IMG/VR virus record: IMGVR_UViG_3300020460_000009 | Location: 1-34,378 of that record | DNA from: a virus | Taxonomy: Duplodnaviria; Caudoviricetes | Length of the DNA: 34,378 bases | Direction: 5' to 3' (one strand) | Part shown: positions 1 to 7,490 of the stretch, piece after piece | Layout: every line of letters starts with the position of its first letter | Numbering within the stretch: position 1 is the stretch's first letter | Notes under the pieces: model-generated | What the model saw: only the letters and a program-made list of their open reading frames with translations | The model's database searches: none | Told to the model about the DNA's origin: nothing | Position numbers and translations under genes: made by a program

Positions 1-77
1 GCACAGCAAGTCAGCACCAGACTTCCATCTTTCTAGTGTTTTAAATCCTGCTCCGTCTTTTCGTGCTTTTACTTCTA
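1..77. repeat. Terminal direct repeat, left copy (assembly circularisation overlap)
   Basis: Bases 1-77 are identical to 34302-34378; 77 is a common assembler k-mer length; an ORF runs through the join. Confidence 0.95.
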
Positions 78-240
78 CACTTAATTTGTGCCAAGGTTCT
101 TGTCTTATTTCTATATCGTAAGGGAAATCTGGTATCGCTCCGCTCATTGGTTGTCGTCTTGCTTTTATTCCGTGTTTAACGAACTCTTTAACAAGTTTCG
201 CCTCTACTCTGTACCCTTTGCTTTTACTAAATTTACCCAT
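1..240 (-). CDS. Hjc-like Holliday junction resolvase, PD-(D/E)XK family; 5' part, continues at 34301-34215 (108 aa total)
   Basis: Manual translation MGKFSKSKGYRVEAKLVKEF...RRQPMSGAIPDFPYDIEI...SVEVKARK; matches the Hjc pattern KG..xE...SGA...D...EVK. Absent from the ORF track because it wraps. Confidence 0.8.
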   Translation of the reverse strand, partial: MGKFSKSKGYRVEAKLVKEFVKHGIKARRQPMSGAIPDFPYDIEIRQEPWHKLSVEVKARKDGAGFKTLERWKSGADLLC

Positions 241-421
241 CACTCACCTCTGTTAGTCGTGCTTCTTTAAATGCAGAATCTACATACCTCATCTTCCCTT
301 GTATTTCAAATCCACCTTTGTCTTGTAGTATTTGTCTTGCCTCTTCTTCTGAGTTTGCTTTTATTTCGTAATCATAAAAACATTCAACTGCAAAATTATA
401 TGTTTTTTTATTTTTTATCAT
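233..421 (-). CDS. Hypothetical phage protein (62 aa)
   Basis: Overlaps its neighbours in a tightly packed minus-strand operon; contains the common phage motif EIKANSEEEA. Confidence 0.7.
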   Translation of the reverse strand: MIKNKKTYNFAVECFYDYEIKANSEEEARQILQDKGGFEIQGKMRYVDSAFKEARLTEVSDG

Positions 422-588
422 TTTTGTTTCCTAACTCCTAAAAAATCTATTTGAGAAAACAGAGCAAAATTTTCCCTTTGTGCTAAATAACTCCCTAAGA
501 TACGATATGCCTGTACTACACTATACGCTTTTATCGGTATATATCTATAATTAGGAAGCATAAACTCATATATATTTTTAGTTTTCAT
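418..588 (-). CDS. Hypothetical protein (likely start MKTKNIY at 588)
   Basis: Fills the operon gap; the start at 588 minimises overlap with the upstream gene. Confidence 0.6.
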   Translation of the reverse strand: MKTKNIYEFMLPNYRYIPIKAYSVVQAYRILGSYLAQRENFALFSQIDFLGVRKQK

Positions 589-829
589 TTTTTGGCTCCA
601 CATCTGATGGTGCTTGTGCATACCAATCTGCACCTAATACTTCTAGGTTTCTTGCACCTACACCTTTGGTTAATTTATTTTTCTTCACTAATTGCATACA
701 TATTTTGTGTGCTTGTGAGGGTGATGAGAACGCCAGATGTTCTGCAATCTCTTTATAAGATGGGCTGAACCCATACATACTTAAAAAGTCTTTTACAAAC
801 TTTAATACACGTGCTTCATTTGCGGTCAT
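578..829 (-). CDS. LexA-type winged-helix DNA-binding protein without peptidase domain
   Basis: MTANEARVLKFVKDF...GFSPSYKEIAEHLAFSSPSQAHKI..QLVKK matches the LexA N-terminal domain pattern; RBS AGGAGG upstream. Confidence 0.85.
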   Translation of the reverse strand: MTANEARVLKFVKDFLSMYGFSPSYKEIAEHLAFSSPSQAHKICMQLVKKNKLTKGVGARNLEVLGADWYAQAPSDVEPKNEN

Positions 830-1025
830 AAATCCTCCTATCGTACCTAAAATCTTTAAATCGTGTGCACTTCATAGCTACTACATTAACTACAGAATCT
901 GCAAATTGTTCTTGCACACTCCACCACGTAAAGACATTACACTTGGCTAGTAAAGGTACAGCATACTTCATATATAATCTACCTTCATATTCTAACCAAA
1001 GTGTAACGACAAATATTTTAAACAT
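816..1025 (-). CDS. Hypothetical protein (69 aa)
   Basis: TAATG coupling with the ssb stop codon. Confidence 0.6.
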   Translation of the reverse strand: MFKIFVVTLWLEYEGRLYMKYAVPLLAKCNVFTWWSVQEQFADSVVNVVAMKCTRFKDFRYDRRIYDRK

Positions 1026-1450
1026 TAGATTGGAATCTCATCATCAAAATCATCAAGGCCTTCTTTTTCAAATCCTCGTGGTTTTGATTTTTCATCTGTA
1101 GTTACAGATGGTGTAGAGTTATCAGATTTAGAATCCATAAGTTTCATTTCTGAATTAAACCTATCTAAATGTATCTCAGCTTTGGTTCGTTTCTCACCAT
1201 CTTCGGTTGTCCAATCCCGATATGTTAGTCTTCCCTCCAATAAAACCCGACTACCTTTCTTACTATATTTAGAAAGTATGTCAGCAATCTTATCGTCCCA
1301 AACAACAACCTTGTGCCATTCGGTATCTTTCTCGCCTTTAACTACTCTGTTTGTAGCTAAAGACAAGATGGCGTAATTAGATCCTGCACCTGTCTGTTTT
1401 ATTTCGGGGTCAGCACCTAGATTACCTATCAATGTAATTTTATTATACAC
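1025..1450 (-). CDS. ssb: Single-stranded DNA-binding protein (likely GTG start at 1450)
   Basis: NKITLIGNLGADPE...TEWHKVVVW...KGSRVLLEGRL; acidic tail DDFDDEIPI. Confidence 0.95.
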   Translation of the reverse strand: MYNKITLIGNLGADPEIKQTGAGSNYAILSLATNRVVKGEKDTEWHKVVVWDDKIADILSKYSKKGSRVLLEGRLTYRDWTTEDGEKRTKAEIHLDRFNSEMKLMDSKSDNSTPSVTTDEKSKPRGFEKEGLDDFDDEIPI

Positions 1451-2033
1451 TCTGTAGTTCCTTTCGTTTAGATTCATATTTAGCTACAGCCATTTGATAC
1501 AATCCGGGATTGGACTTCTTGGCTTTAGCTATGTTTACTTTTGCCATTTCATAATATCCGGTAGCTTGTTTAATAGTTTTACTACCTTCAATATTAGTAA
1601 GAAATGTTTTGATAGCGTCATCATCTGCAGAACCTATCTTCTGGTCTGTTGTATCAAACTCATCTTCTGAATACACAAAGCCGTGTAATCCAACAAGTTT
1701 TAGTATGGCTCTATCTACAGCACGTTTCTCTGCCATTGCATATGGATAAGCAACCTTACTATTTTTAGGACTTGCTTCTCCGTAGGTAATGACTTTCATT
1801 TTGTCATTGTGTGCATAGCATTTAACTACTGCAATACCTTGTGCAGAGTTTGTTTCTACTTCAAGTATGTCATCAATGACAACACCTGCTTTTGCTCCAA
1901 CAAGTTCACAGTATTTGTGTAACATAACTAGTGTTGCTTTACCACCACGCTTTAGTTCCCAGAGTGCGTGTTCGGGTTTAAGATCATACTCTTGTAGTAT
2001 TTTCTTTACTCTTGGTTCAATGTTACCCATCAT
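1443..2033 (-). CDS. Putative single-strand annealing protein / recombinase
   Basis: Lies between the exonuclease and ssb; motif YAMAEKRAVDRAILKLVGLHGFVYSEDE resembles phage SSAP cores. Confidence 0.6.
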   Translation of the reverse strand: MMGNIEPRVKKILQEYDLKPEHALWELKRGGKATLVMLHKYCELVGAKAGVVIDDILEVETNSAQGIAVVKCYAHNDKMKVITYGEASPKNSKVAYPYAMAEKRAVDRAILKLVGLHGFVYSEDEFDTTDQKIGSADDDAIKTFLTNIEGSKTIKQATGYYEMAKVNIAKAKKSNPGLYQMAVAKYESKRKELQSV

Positions 2034-2034
2034 A

Positions 2035-2844
2035 TTAACCTCCTTTGTTTTCTTTGATGGTTAGGTGTCCTGCTTTTGTTCTTGATATCTTGATACCACC
2101 ACCTTCAGCAAGACGACAGTTGGCAGGTATTAATTCTTTCAATACCTTACCAACTGCTCGGTGTTGATCGTATGGTATTTTCGTTTCACGCCAAGTATGT
2201 GCATTAGCTACAAACTCATTGTTCTTCTCCATATCAATACGAATCATATCGTTGACTTTTATGTTGTTTGTATAGTCTTGTATTATTTTTTCTGCTTGTA
2301 AGTTTTCTGGTTCTTTGTCTGTTAGTATATGTTGCTTCCAAAAGGTATCTTCCATTTCGTAAAGCATTTTTATGTAATCATTGTCATATTGTATTTCACA
2401 CCATTCGTATCTCATATTACCAAAAATTACTGAGAGGTACGCTCTATCCATCATTGCAACTTGCATATAATGTTGTAGCTGAGGCATATATTTTCGTATA
2501 ACATTCTCTAAAGTGTTGTTGGTATTGGTATGCTTACACTCTAGGACACAAATTTTGTCACTAACATTTACCATTCCATCAAGACTAGCGTGGCGAAATC
2601 CATCTGTAAATTCGTGTTGATTACTAGCTGATAATAGTTTATGTCCTGTTTCCTGAGCAAACCATTGCTTGTTTAATTCTTCTGTAACAATGCCGATTTG
2701 TACAGGTAACACCCGATCCAAGTTGGCAGGTTCTTGACGCCCTGTCTTCTCTAGCCAGAGTGTGTGCCAATCACCTTCCATAATGCGTATAGCATCTGAA
2801 CCACCAAGTGTTTTAGGTCGTTCTACTTTTTTCTTTGGTTGCAT
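2035..2844 (-). CDS. YqaJ/lambda-exonuclease-family 5'-3' exonuclease
   Basis: LGGSDA...LWLEKTG...ASLDG...LECKHT...Y.PQLQHYM motifs. Confidence 0.92.
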   Translation of the reverse strand: MQPKKKVERPKTLGGSDAIRIMEGDWHTLWLEKTGRQEPANLDRVLPVQIGIVTEELNKQWFAQETGHKLLSASNQHEFTDGFRHASLDGMVNVSDKICVLECKHTNTNNTLENVIRKYMPQLQHYMQVAMMDRAYLSVIFGNMRYEWCEIQYDNDYIKMLYEMEDTFWKQHILTDKEPENLQAEKIIQDYTNNIKVNDMIRIDMEKNNEFVANAHTWRETKIPYDQHRAVGKVLKELIPANCRLAEGGGIKISRTKAGHLTIKENKGG

Positions 2845-2845
2845 A

Positions 2846-3286
2846 TTATACTCCTTTCGTATCTATTTTATAGCACTTTTGTACTATGTTTGCAAACTTT
2901 TTTGTTTTTAAATATGTATTTTCTATGAACAACATTCCGTGTTCGTATGGTGGTTCATAGATAGCAAGAAAGTCTGCAGGTACAGGCAACCTCCTGTACT
3001 TGTAAGTCTTTATTAATTCTATTGTGTATTCTTCTATAATACATTGTGGATATTTTGCTAATATGTCTTTGTATATTTTTAAACCAAGTTCATTAGGTAC
3101 ATCACAGCCAAATGTAGAGGCACACATTTCTATAGCCGTGCCTATATATTTAGGATCTGCAGGTAACATAAGTTTTTGACAATGCAACAATGAGCTTCGT
3201 AACAGATTAAGATATCGTAATGCGTTTCGTTCTGTAGCTACATACTCATCTACTTTGTTCTCTTTGATTGCTAATAGCAAAGACAT
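2846..3286 (-). CDS. Putative helicase loader/inhibitor (G39P/lambda P-like role); start revised to 3286
   Basis: RBS AAAGGA before MSLLLAIK; motif YKDILAKYP...YRRLPVPADFL; directly follows the initiator-like gene. Confidence 0.5.
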   Translation of the reverse strand: MSLLLAIKENKVDEYVATERNALRYLNLLRSSLLHCQKLMLPADPKYIGTAIEMCASTFGCDVPNELGLKIYKDILAKYPQCIIEEYTIELIKTYKYRRLPVPADFLAIYEPPYEHGMLFIENTYLKTKKFANIVQKCYKIDTKGV

Positions 3287-3728
3287 TGTTAATCCTTTCA
3301 CGGCGTTTTTGAGTATCCTTGGTGGTTTGAGTTGTATTGGATTGGAATTTCTTGGAACGCAGTAACCAAGATCGGAAAGCGTATTGCCAATCTGACTTAT
3401 GTGTTCCACCTGCCCGATAATGGTTGATAAAGATTTTAAGTTCTTGTTCATAGTTATACCTTTCTCCAAATTCTTCTGTAATCCAACGCTTTGTATCGTA
3501 GCTTGGCTCAAAAGTTTTTGGGATTTGAGATTGATGTACATTGAGAATAAAGTTAAAGCCAAGCACAGTTATCCAATTAAAAAACATAGTGCTGCTTGGT
3601 TGCTTTTTACCACATTCCCAAAGCGATACTAACGAATCGGAAACACCTAGTTTTTCTGCAACTTCTTGCGAAGATAATCCTAGGTGTTGCCGTCTTTCTT
3701 GTAGTTCTTTGACTGCAATTCTATACAT
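3246..3728 (-). CDS. XRE-HTH protein fused to a DnaT-like/replication-initiator C-terminal domain
   Basis: N-terminal LGLSSQEVAEKLGVSDSLVSLWECGKKQP (HTH_3); C-terminal FINHY...KSDWQYAFRSWL. Confidence 0.7.
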   Translation of the reverse strand: MYRIAVKELQERRQHLGLSSQEVAEKLGVSDSLVSLWECGKKQPSSTMFFNWITVLGFNFILNVHQSQIPKTFEPSYDTKRWITEEFGERYNYEQELKIFINHYRAGGTHKSDWQYAFRSWLLRSKKFQSNTTQTTKDTQKRRERINNVFAISNQREQSR

Positions 3729-4101
3729 ATGGACTCATCAATATTTCACATTCGGAATATGATAAGTCATCTGCACAGCTTTGTCTAACTTCAAGGAACT
3801 TTGTATTCTTAAACCTTTGTGTTGAGAGCAAGAGCCTTGCATAATAAGGTTTGTGATTGTTATTTATTTTGAATTGTTTATCAGTAGTATTTACCATTGT
3901 TTCCCAACGAACACGATTGATAAGCATTTCACTTGATAATTTTTTGTGTCCGTGATGTACCATATCAGATGCAAACTGTAGGTACAGTTCCCAAACTTTT
4001 GGGTTATCTAAATGAAAATCAATGAACTCGCAAGTGTTTGGCGACTTACCAAACTTTAAAGTCTTGCGATCAAATTTTAAGTCAACATTATATTTATCCA
4101 T
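3721..4101 (-). CDS. Conserved-type phage hypothetical protein
   Basis: Strong RBS (AAAGGAG); motif FHLDNPKVW...INRVRWE...KINNNHKPYYARL. Confidence 0.8.
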   Translation of the reverse strand: MDKYNVDLKFDRKTLKFGKSPNTCEFIDFHLDNPKVWELYLQFASDMVHHGHKKLSSEMLINRVRWETMVNTTDKQFKINNNHKPYYARLLLSTQRFKNTKFLEVRQSCADDLSYSECEILMSPYV

Positions 4102-4218
4102 AATATACTCCTTTGTTTTAATGAATTAATGGTGGGCAGTAGTTAACGGAGACTGCTACTGGCAATCGCTACTGCCCATATCATTGCAAGGAACAACAAC
4201 AAACCCTTGCATATGATT

Positions 4219-4428
4219 CTATAAATATTTATTCCAATGCTCATTCCACATTTCTAATGTAATAGCATTATATGTTTCGTCGTGCATATCACTTGCTTTT
4301 GCATTTGGAAATAGTGGTGATGATAATATGGTAGGTTTGAATGGTCGTACAGCAAATCTAAATTCTTGTATTGTTTCAGACTCGCCAAGTCTTGCTACGA
4401 CTTCATCAAAAATTTGATCTTCTCGCAT
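4219..4428 (-). CDS. Hypothetical protein (69 aa)
   Basis: RBS AAAGGA; same orientation as the operon. Confidence 0.7.
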   Translation of the reverse strand: MREDQIFDEVVARLGESETIQEFRFAVRPFKPTILSSPLFPNAKASDMHDETYNAITLEMWNEHWNKYL

Positions 4429-4450
4429 AATATATTCCTTTCGTACTATT

Positions 4451-4478
4451 ATTATACTATTAATATACTATTATGCAA
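4451..4478 (-). promoter_or_regulatory. Possible sigma70 promoter (TTGCAT-16-TATAAT)
   Basis: Consensus-like hexamers in an AT-rich gap upstream of 4428. Confidence 0.3.
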
Positions 4479-5331
4479 CAAGTTCTTGCCATTGTTTAGA
4501 ACCTAATGTTTTAGATACTTCATCTTCTCTACGTTTACGAATAGCGTGTCCACGCTGTCCATCTGTATGAGTAGACCAATATGTCATTGCATTGTACAAC
4601 GCCCATTTAGTTCTGCCTAATGTACGTGCTTCTCTATCAAAACCTTCAAGTAATGTTTCTGTTCTTGTTACATTGTAAGGTATAGAATTAGTAGAACGTT
4701 TGAATGTTTTGCATAATGTTTGTTCAAGAAATCTTTGAACTGAATGTGGATGCAACTTGATATGTGCCCATTGTGAATAGTCCATACCAGAATCCATAAA
4801 GAAATCAAGACCAGATTTTACACGATCCGTAATACTTTGAATGTTTACATTGGTTGTATGTTTGAATCGTAATGTTGATGCGTTCATTGGTGTAGTGCAA
4901 CCATTCATACACCACAAACGTAAGCCATCACATATAGTTGCAAATGCCCACGATTGGTCATATGAATTAAAGAAGTTGATACGAAACTTTATGATATCAT
5001 CTTTCTGTGGTTCTACTACAAGGTTGTTGAATGTAACAGAGCCACGCATTTTTGCACCTGCCTCAAAGACTTCTATCTTGGTTTCGTAGTCAAACATACC
5101 CGTCTTTTCAACGCCTTGCATAACTTTATCAACCACATCTTTGTGTGCTATTGGTTTGTATTTACTGCCGTGAATACCCAGAACTTGTCCGGTATCTGTA
5201 CGTACACACGCTCTAGCCATATCAGTAGGTACTTTGTAATTGTCTTTACCAATCTGGCCTGTCGTGTTTAGTGCTTCAAGTTCCACCATTTCTGTTGGAA
5301 ACTCGTAGTCTTTTTTTATATCATCTAACAT
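4471..5331 (-). CDS. DUF932/DUF945-family protein (phage/plasmid)
   Basis: VRTDTGQVLG...YKPI.H; NSYDQS...GLRLWCMNG...RFKHT; TKWALYNAMT. Confidence 0.88.
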   Translation of the reverse strand: MLDDIKKDYEFPTEMVELEALNTTGQIGKDNYKVPTDMARACVRTDTGQVLGIHGSKYKPIAHKDVVDKVMQGVEKTGMFDYETKIEVFEAGAKMRGSVTFNNLVVEPQKDDIIKFRINFFNSYDQSWAFATICDGLRLWCMNGCTTPMNASTLRFKHTTNVNIQSITDRVKSGLDFFMDSGMDYSQWAHIKLHPHSVQRFLEQTLCKTFKRSTNSIPYNVTRTETLLEGFDREARTLGRTKWALYNAMTYWSTHTDGQRGHAIRKRREDEVSKTLGSKQWQELVA

Positions 5332-5367
5332 ATTTACTCCTTTGTTTATGGTTAGATTAATGTTAAG

Positions 5368-5628
5368 CTAAAGTTCATACTTTTCCTTTCGTAGTAGATC
5401 AGCTAGCCCCTTAGCTTGTTCTTTAAGTATGGTTAGAGAAGTGGTGATGCGTTCCAAATTATCTTGCGATAACTCTTTCGCTTCACAATTATGCAAAGCC
5501 ACTTCGATAGCACCCGTGCATTTTAATATAGTTCGCATCTCATATTCACACTTAATTAGGTATTGTAGAGCGTAAAGTTCAGAATTCAACTCCCACTCAT
5601 ACTGTTGTTCTAATGCTTCAATCGCCAA
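5368..5628 (-). CDS. Hypothetical protein (86 aa)
   Basis: ORF in the early operon; TTG start. Confidence 0.6.
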   Translation of the reverse strand: MAIEALEQQYEWELNSELYALQYLIKCEYEMRTILKCTGAIEVALHNCEAKELSQDNLERITTSLTILKEQAKGLADLLRKEKYEL

Positions 5629-5827
5629 TAGTTTTCACCCCCTTATTAATCATTGCTTTTAGTTCTAATAGCCGTGCATAATTAAAACCACAATCATTTG
5701 TATCCATTTCTTTAGCACCAATGACCTCTTCCCATTCGTTTACTAAGTCAGTAAGACAGTAAAAAAAATGTTTTTTATTATTGAATGCAGAATTTTTAGT
5801 CAGTTTTACTGATAGAGCCATTTGCAA
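5618..5827 (-). CDS. Hypothetical protein (69 aa)
   Basis: Overlaps its neighbours; AAAGGA upstream. Confidence 0.6.
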   Translation of the reverse strand: MQMALSVKLTKNSAFNNKKHFFYCLTDLVNEWEEVIGAKEMDTNDCGFNYARLLELKAMINKGVKTIGD

Positions 5828-6137
5828 TCCTTTCTAGTTTGTCTACAGCTACAGCAATTTCTTTCATATAACCAACATATTCTTCAGAGATCATATTGTT
5901 TTCTATTTGCAATAAACAAAGCTGTGTCAAGAACTTCATTTCTTCATAGTGGTGCATAGCCAAACCAAATTTGTCGTGTGATAATTTATCTTTGGCATAC
6001 AAGTCAGATATCTTTTCTTGATATTCATTAGACATCTCTCGGAATGTATTGATCCGATTGATTTCTTTGACGTGTTCTTCACGCACAATAGTTTCATAAT
6101 GATGTTGGCGTGAATCTTCTTTTAAATACTTAGACAT
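5796..6137 (-). CDS. Hypothetical protein (113 aa)
   Basis: Strong RBS AAACAAAGGAGTATT-ATG. Confidence 0.8.
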   Translation of the reverse strand: MSKYLKEDSRQHHYETIVREEHVKEINRINTFREMSNEYQEKISDLYAKDKLSHDKFGLAMHHYEEMKFLTQLCLLQIENNMISEEYVGYMKEIAVAVDKLERIANGSISKTD

Positions 6138-6507
6138 AATATACTCCTTTGTTTTTAAGTCTAATATAGCTATAGCTACATCTCGTTCTGTTAAAGATGT
6201 AGCTACAGTTTAAATGTTTTTGTTTTTGTCACCAACGGCATAACTAACCTGATCAACAGTAAGTATCACAGTCCGTCTACAAGGTACAAATTCCAAAAAC
6301 CTTTTGCCAAGCATAGGATTCAAACCTATTTAGTCTTGACATAGTTGCACATTGCTAGTCAGTTTTATAGCAACTAGTCGGGCTATGCAACCATAGTGCA
6401 GGACAGTATATGAGGAAGGATTTGTGTGTCCTGCATTATGGTGGCACTCGCCTTGCATAGTGCTATGATAGTGACCCCCCCCGAGTGAGGGACGAGTGAG
6501 GGGGGGG

Positions 6508-6681
6508 TCACTTACTCTTGGATATATGTTTGACCAATTCAACTCCATATATTGATATGTATGTACAAAAGTATAGCAATGATGTCCAGAATTCAAATTC
6601 ACTCTTATGCCAACCATCTATGACGACAATAGAAGAATAAATAAATACTGAAAATAAAATTAAATGATAACGAAAAGCCAT
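6508..6681 (-). CDS. Small two-TM membrane protein (57 aa), not in the ORF track
   Basis: AAAGGA RBS; MAFRYHLILFSVFIYSSIVVIDGWHKSEFEFWTSLLYFCTYISIYGVELVKHISKSK. Confidence 0.65.
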   Translation of the reverse strand: MAFRYHLILFSVFIYSSIVVIDGWHKSEFEFWTSLLYFCTYISIYGVELVKHISKSK

Positions 6682-6702
6682 ATTACAATCCTTTATGAAT
6701 AT

Positions 6703-6739
6703 AAAAAAACTCTGTACCGAATGAACGATACAGAGTTTT
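6703..6739 (-). terminator. Rho-independent terminator of the 177-aa gene
   Basis: Minus strand: ctctgtatcg-ttcatt-cggtacagag followed by T7, about 10 nt after the stop codon. Confidence 0.8.
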
Positions 6740-6749
6740 ATGATTAGTA

Positions 6750-7283
6750 TTAAATGTCGGTTGAGTATTTAGAATTAGTTTTCATATTGTTTCGCTTCTT
6801 CATCTCAAGATGTTTAGAAACGTCATCAACTAATTTTGCCACATCTGATTCAGAATGACCATCTAAACCAATGAAATCACCGACAAACTTATTAAACAAC
6901 TGAACATATAACTCAATCAATCGTTTCATATTTTTAACGACTTCCTGAGCTTGACCACATTTGGAACGTTGTTCTGTAATCTTTTCATCTCCATACAAAG
7001 ATTCTCGTTCCTCCATTTGGTCAAGAGTGTTCTCCAAACTGTTAAGATAATTTTGTTTATTATCTCTTTGTGAATGTAGATAATTTAATGTTCTCCCATA
7101 CAATAAGATGTTATCAATGTTCCAAGTAATGTCGTAACTTTCATCAGTATAAGACATACCATCAGAAATAGGTGGAACCATTGAGGAATCCATCTGCTCT
7201 GTGAACGCTTTGACAGTATCATCAAGGGTGAGTAATTTAGAAGAAACATTTTGTGCTCTTGTTGTTGTTGTAGAATTTGCCAT
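6750..7283 (-). CDS. Orphan acidic, helical/coiled-coil protein (177 aa); first gene of the leftward arm
   Basis: RBS AAGGAG before ATG at 7283 (MANSTTTT...); has its own terminator. Confidence 0.85.
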   Translation of the reverse strand: MANSTTTTRAQNVSSKLLTLDDTVKAFTEQMDSSMVPPISDGMSYTDESYDITWNIDNILLYGRTLNYLHSQRDNKQNYLNSLENTLDQMEERESLYGDEKITEQRSKCGQAQEVVKNMKRLIELYVQLFNKFVGDFIGLDGHSESDVAKLVDDVSKHLEMKKRNNMKTNSKYSTDI

Positions 7284-7359
7284 ATCAATTCTCCTTTCTT
7301 TGTTAGTTTTGATTGACGCATTCAACTATTCATATCCAGATTTCACCTACAACATATGC

Positions 7360-7390
7360 ACCATACCAAGGAACGACTATGGCCTGTCAA
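7360..7390 (-). promoter_or_regulatory. Putative sigma70 promoter TTGACA-19-(TG)TATGGT with AT-rich UP region
   Basis: Perfect -35 and extended -10 upstream of 7283; the spacer is longer than the usual 17. Confidence 0.5.
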
Positions 7391-7490
7391 AAAAAATATT
7401 TGCAACAAACCAAGGAGTAGGGGGATTTCCCCCAGAAATCCATATCTTTTTGACTCCCACAAGAGGCAAAAAGATTGACCTATGACTATG

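Larger units (their letters stand above)
6696..7411. repeat. Left arm of a long imperfect inverted repeat (contains the intact gene)
   Basis: Its reverse complement aligns colinearly with 7491-8124, e.g. a perfect 29-mer at 7027-7055 vs 7816-7844. Confidence 0.95.

Noticed and set aside
1-77. 77-bp terminal repeat as a biological DTR
   Set aside because: It falls inside the resolvase gene and its length matches a common assembler k-mer, so it is most likely a circularisation artefact.
578-829. Evidence of lysogeny from the LexA-like gene
   Set aside because: DNA-binding domain only; no integrase, att site or partition genes were recognised.
3287-3562. N-terminal extension of ORF 2846-3562
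   Set aside because: It lies entirely within the HTH gene; a good RBS precedes the ATG at 3286.
6330-6617. 95-aa minus-strand ORF
   Set aside because: It overlaps the better-supported 6508-6681 ORF, runs through the C8/G8 hairpin and lacks an RBS.
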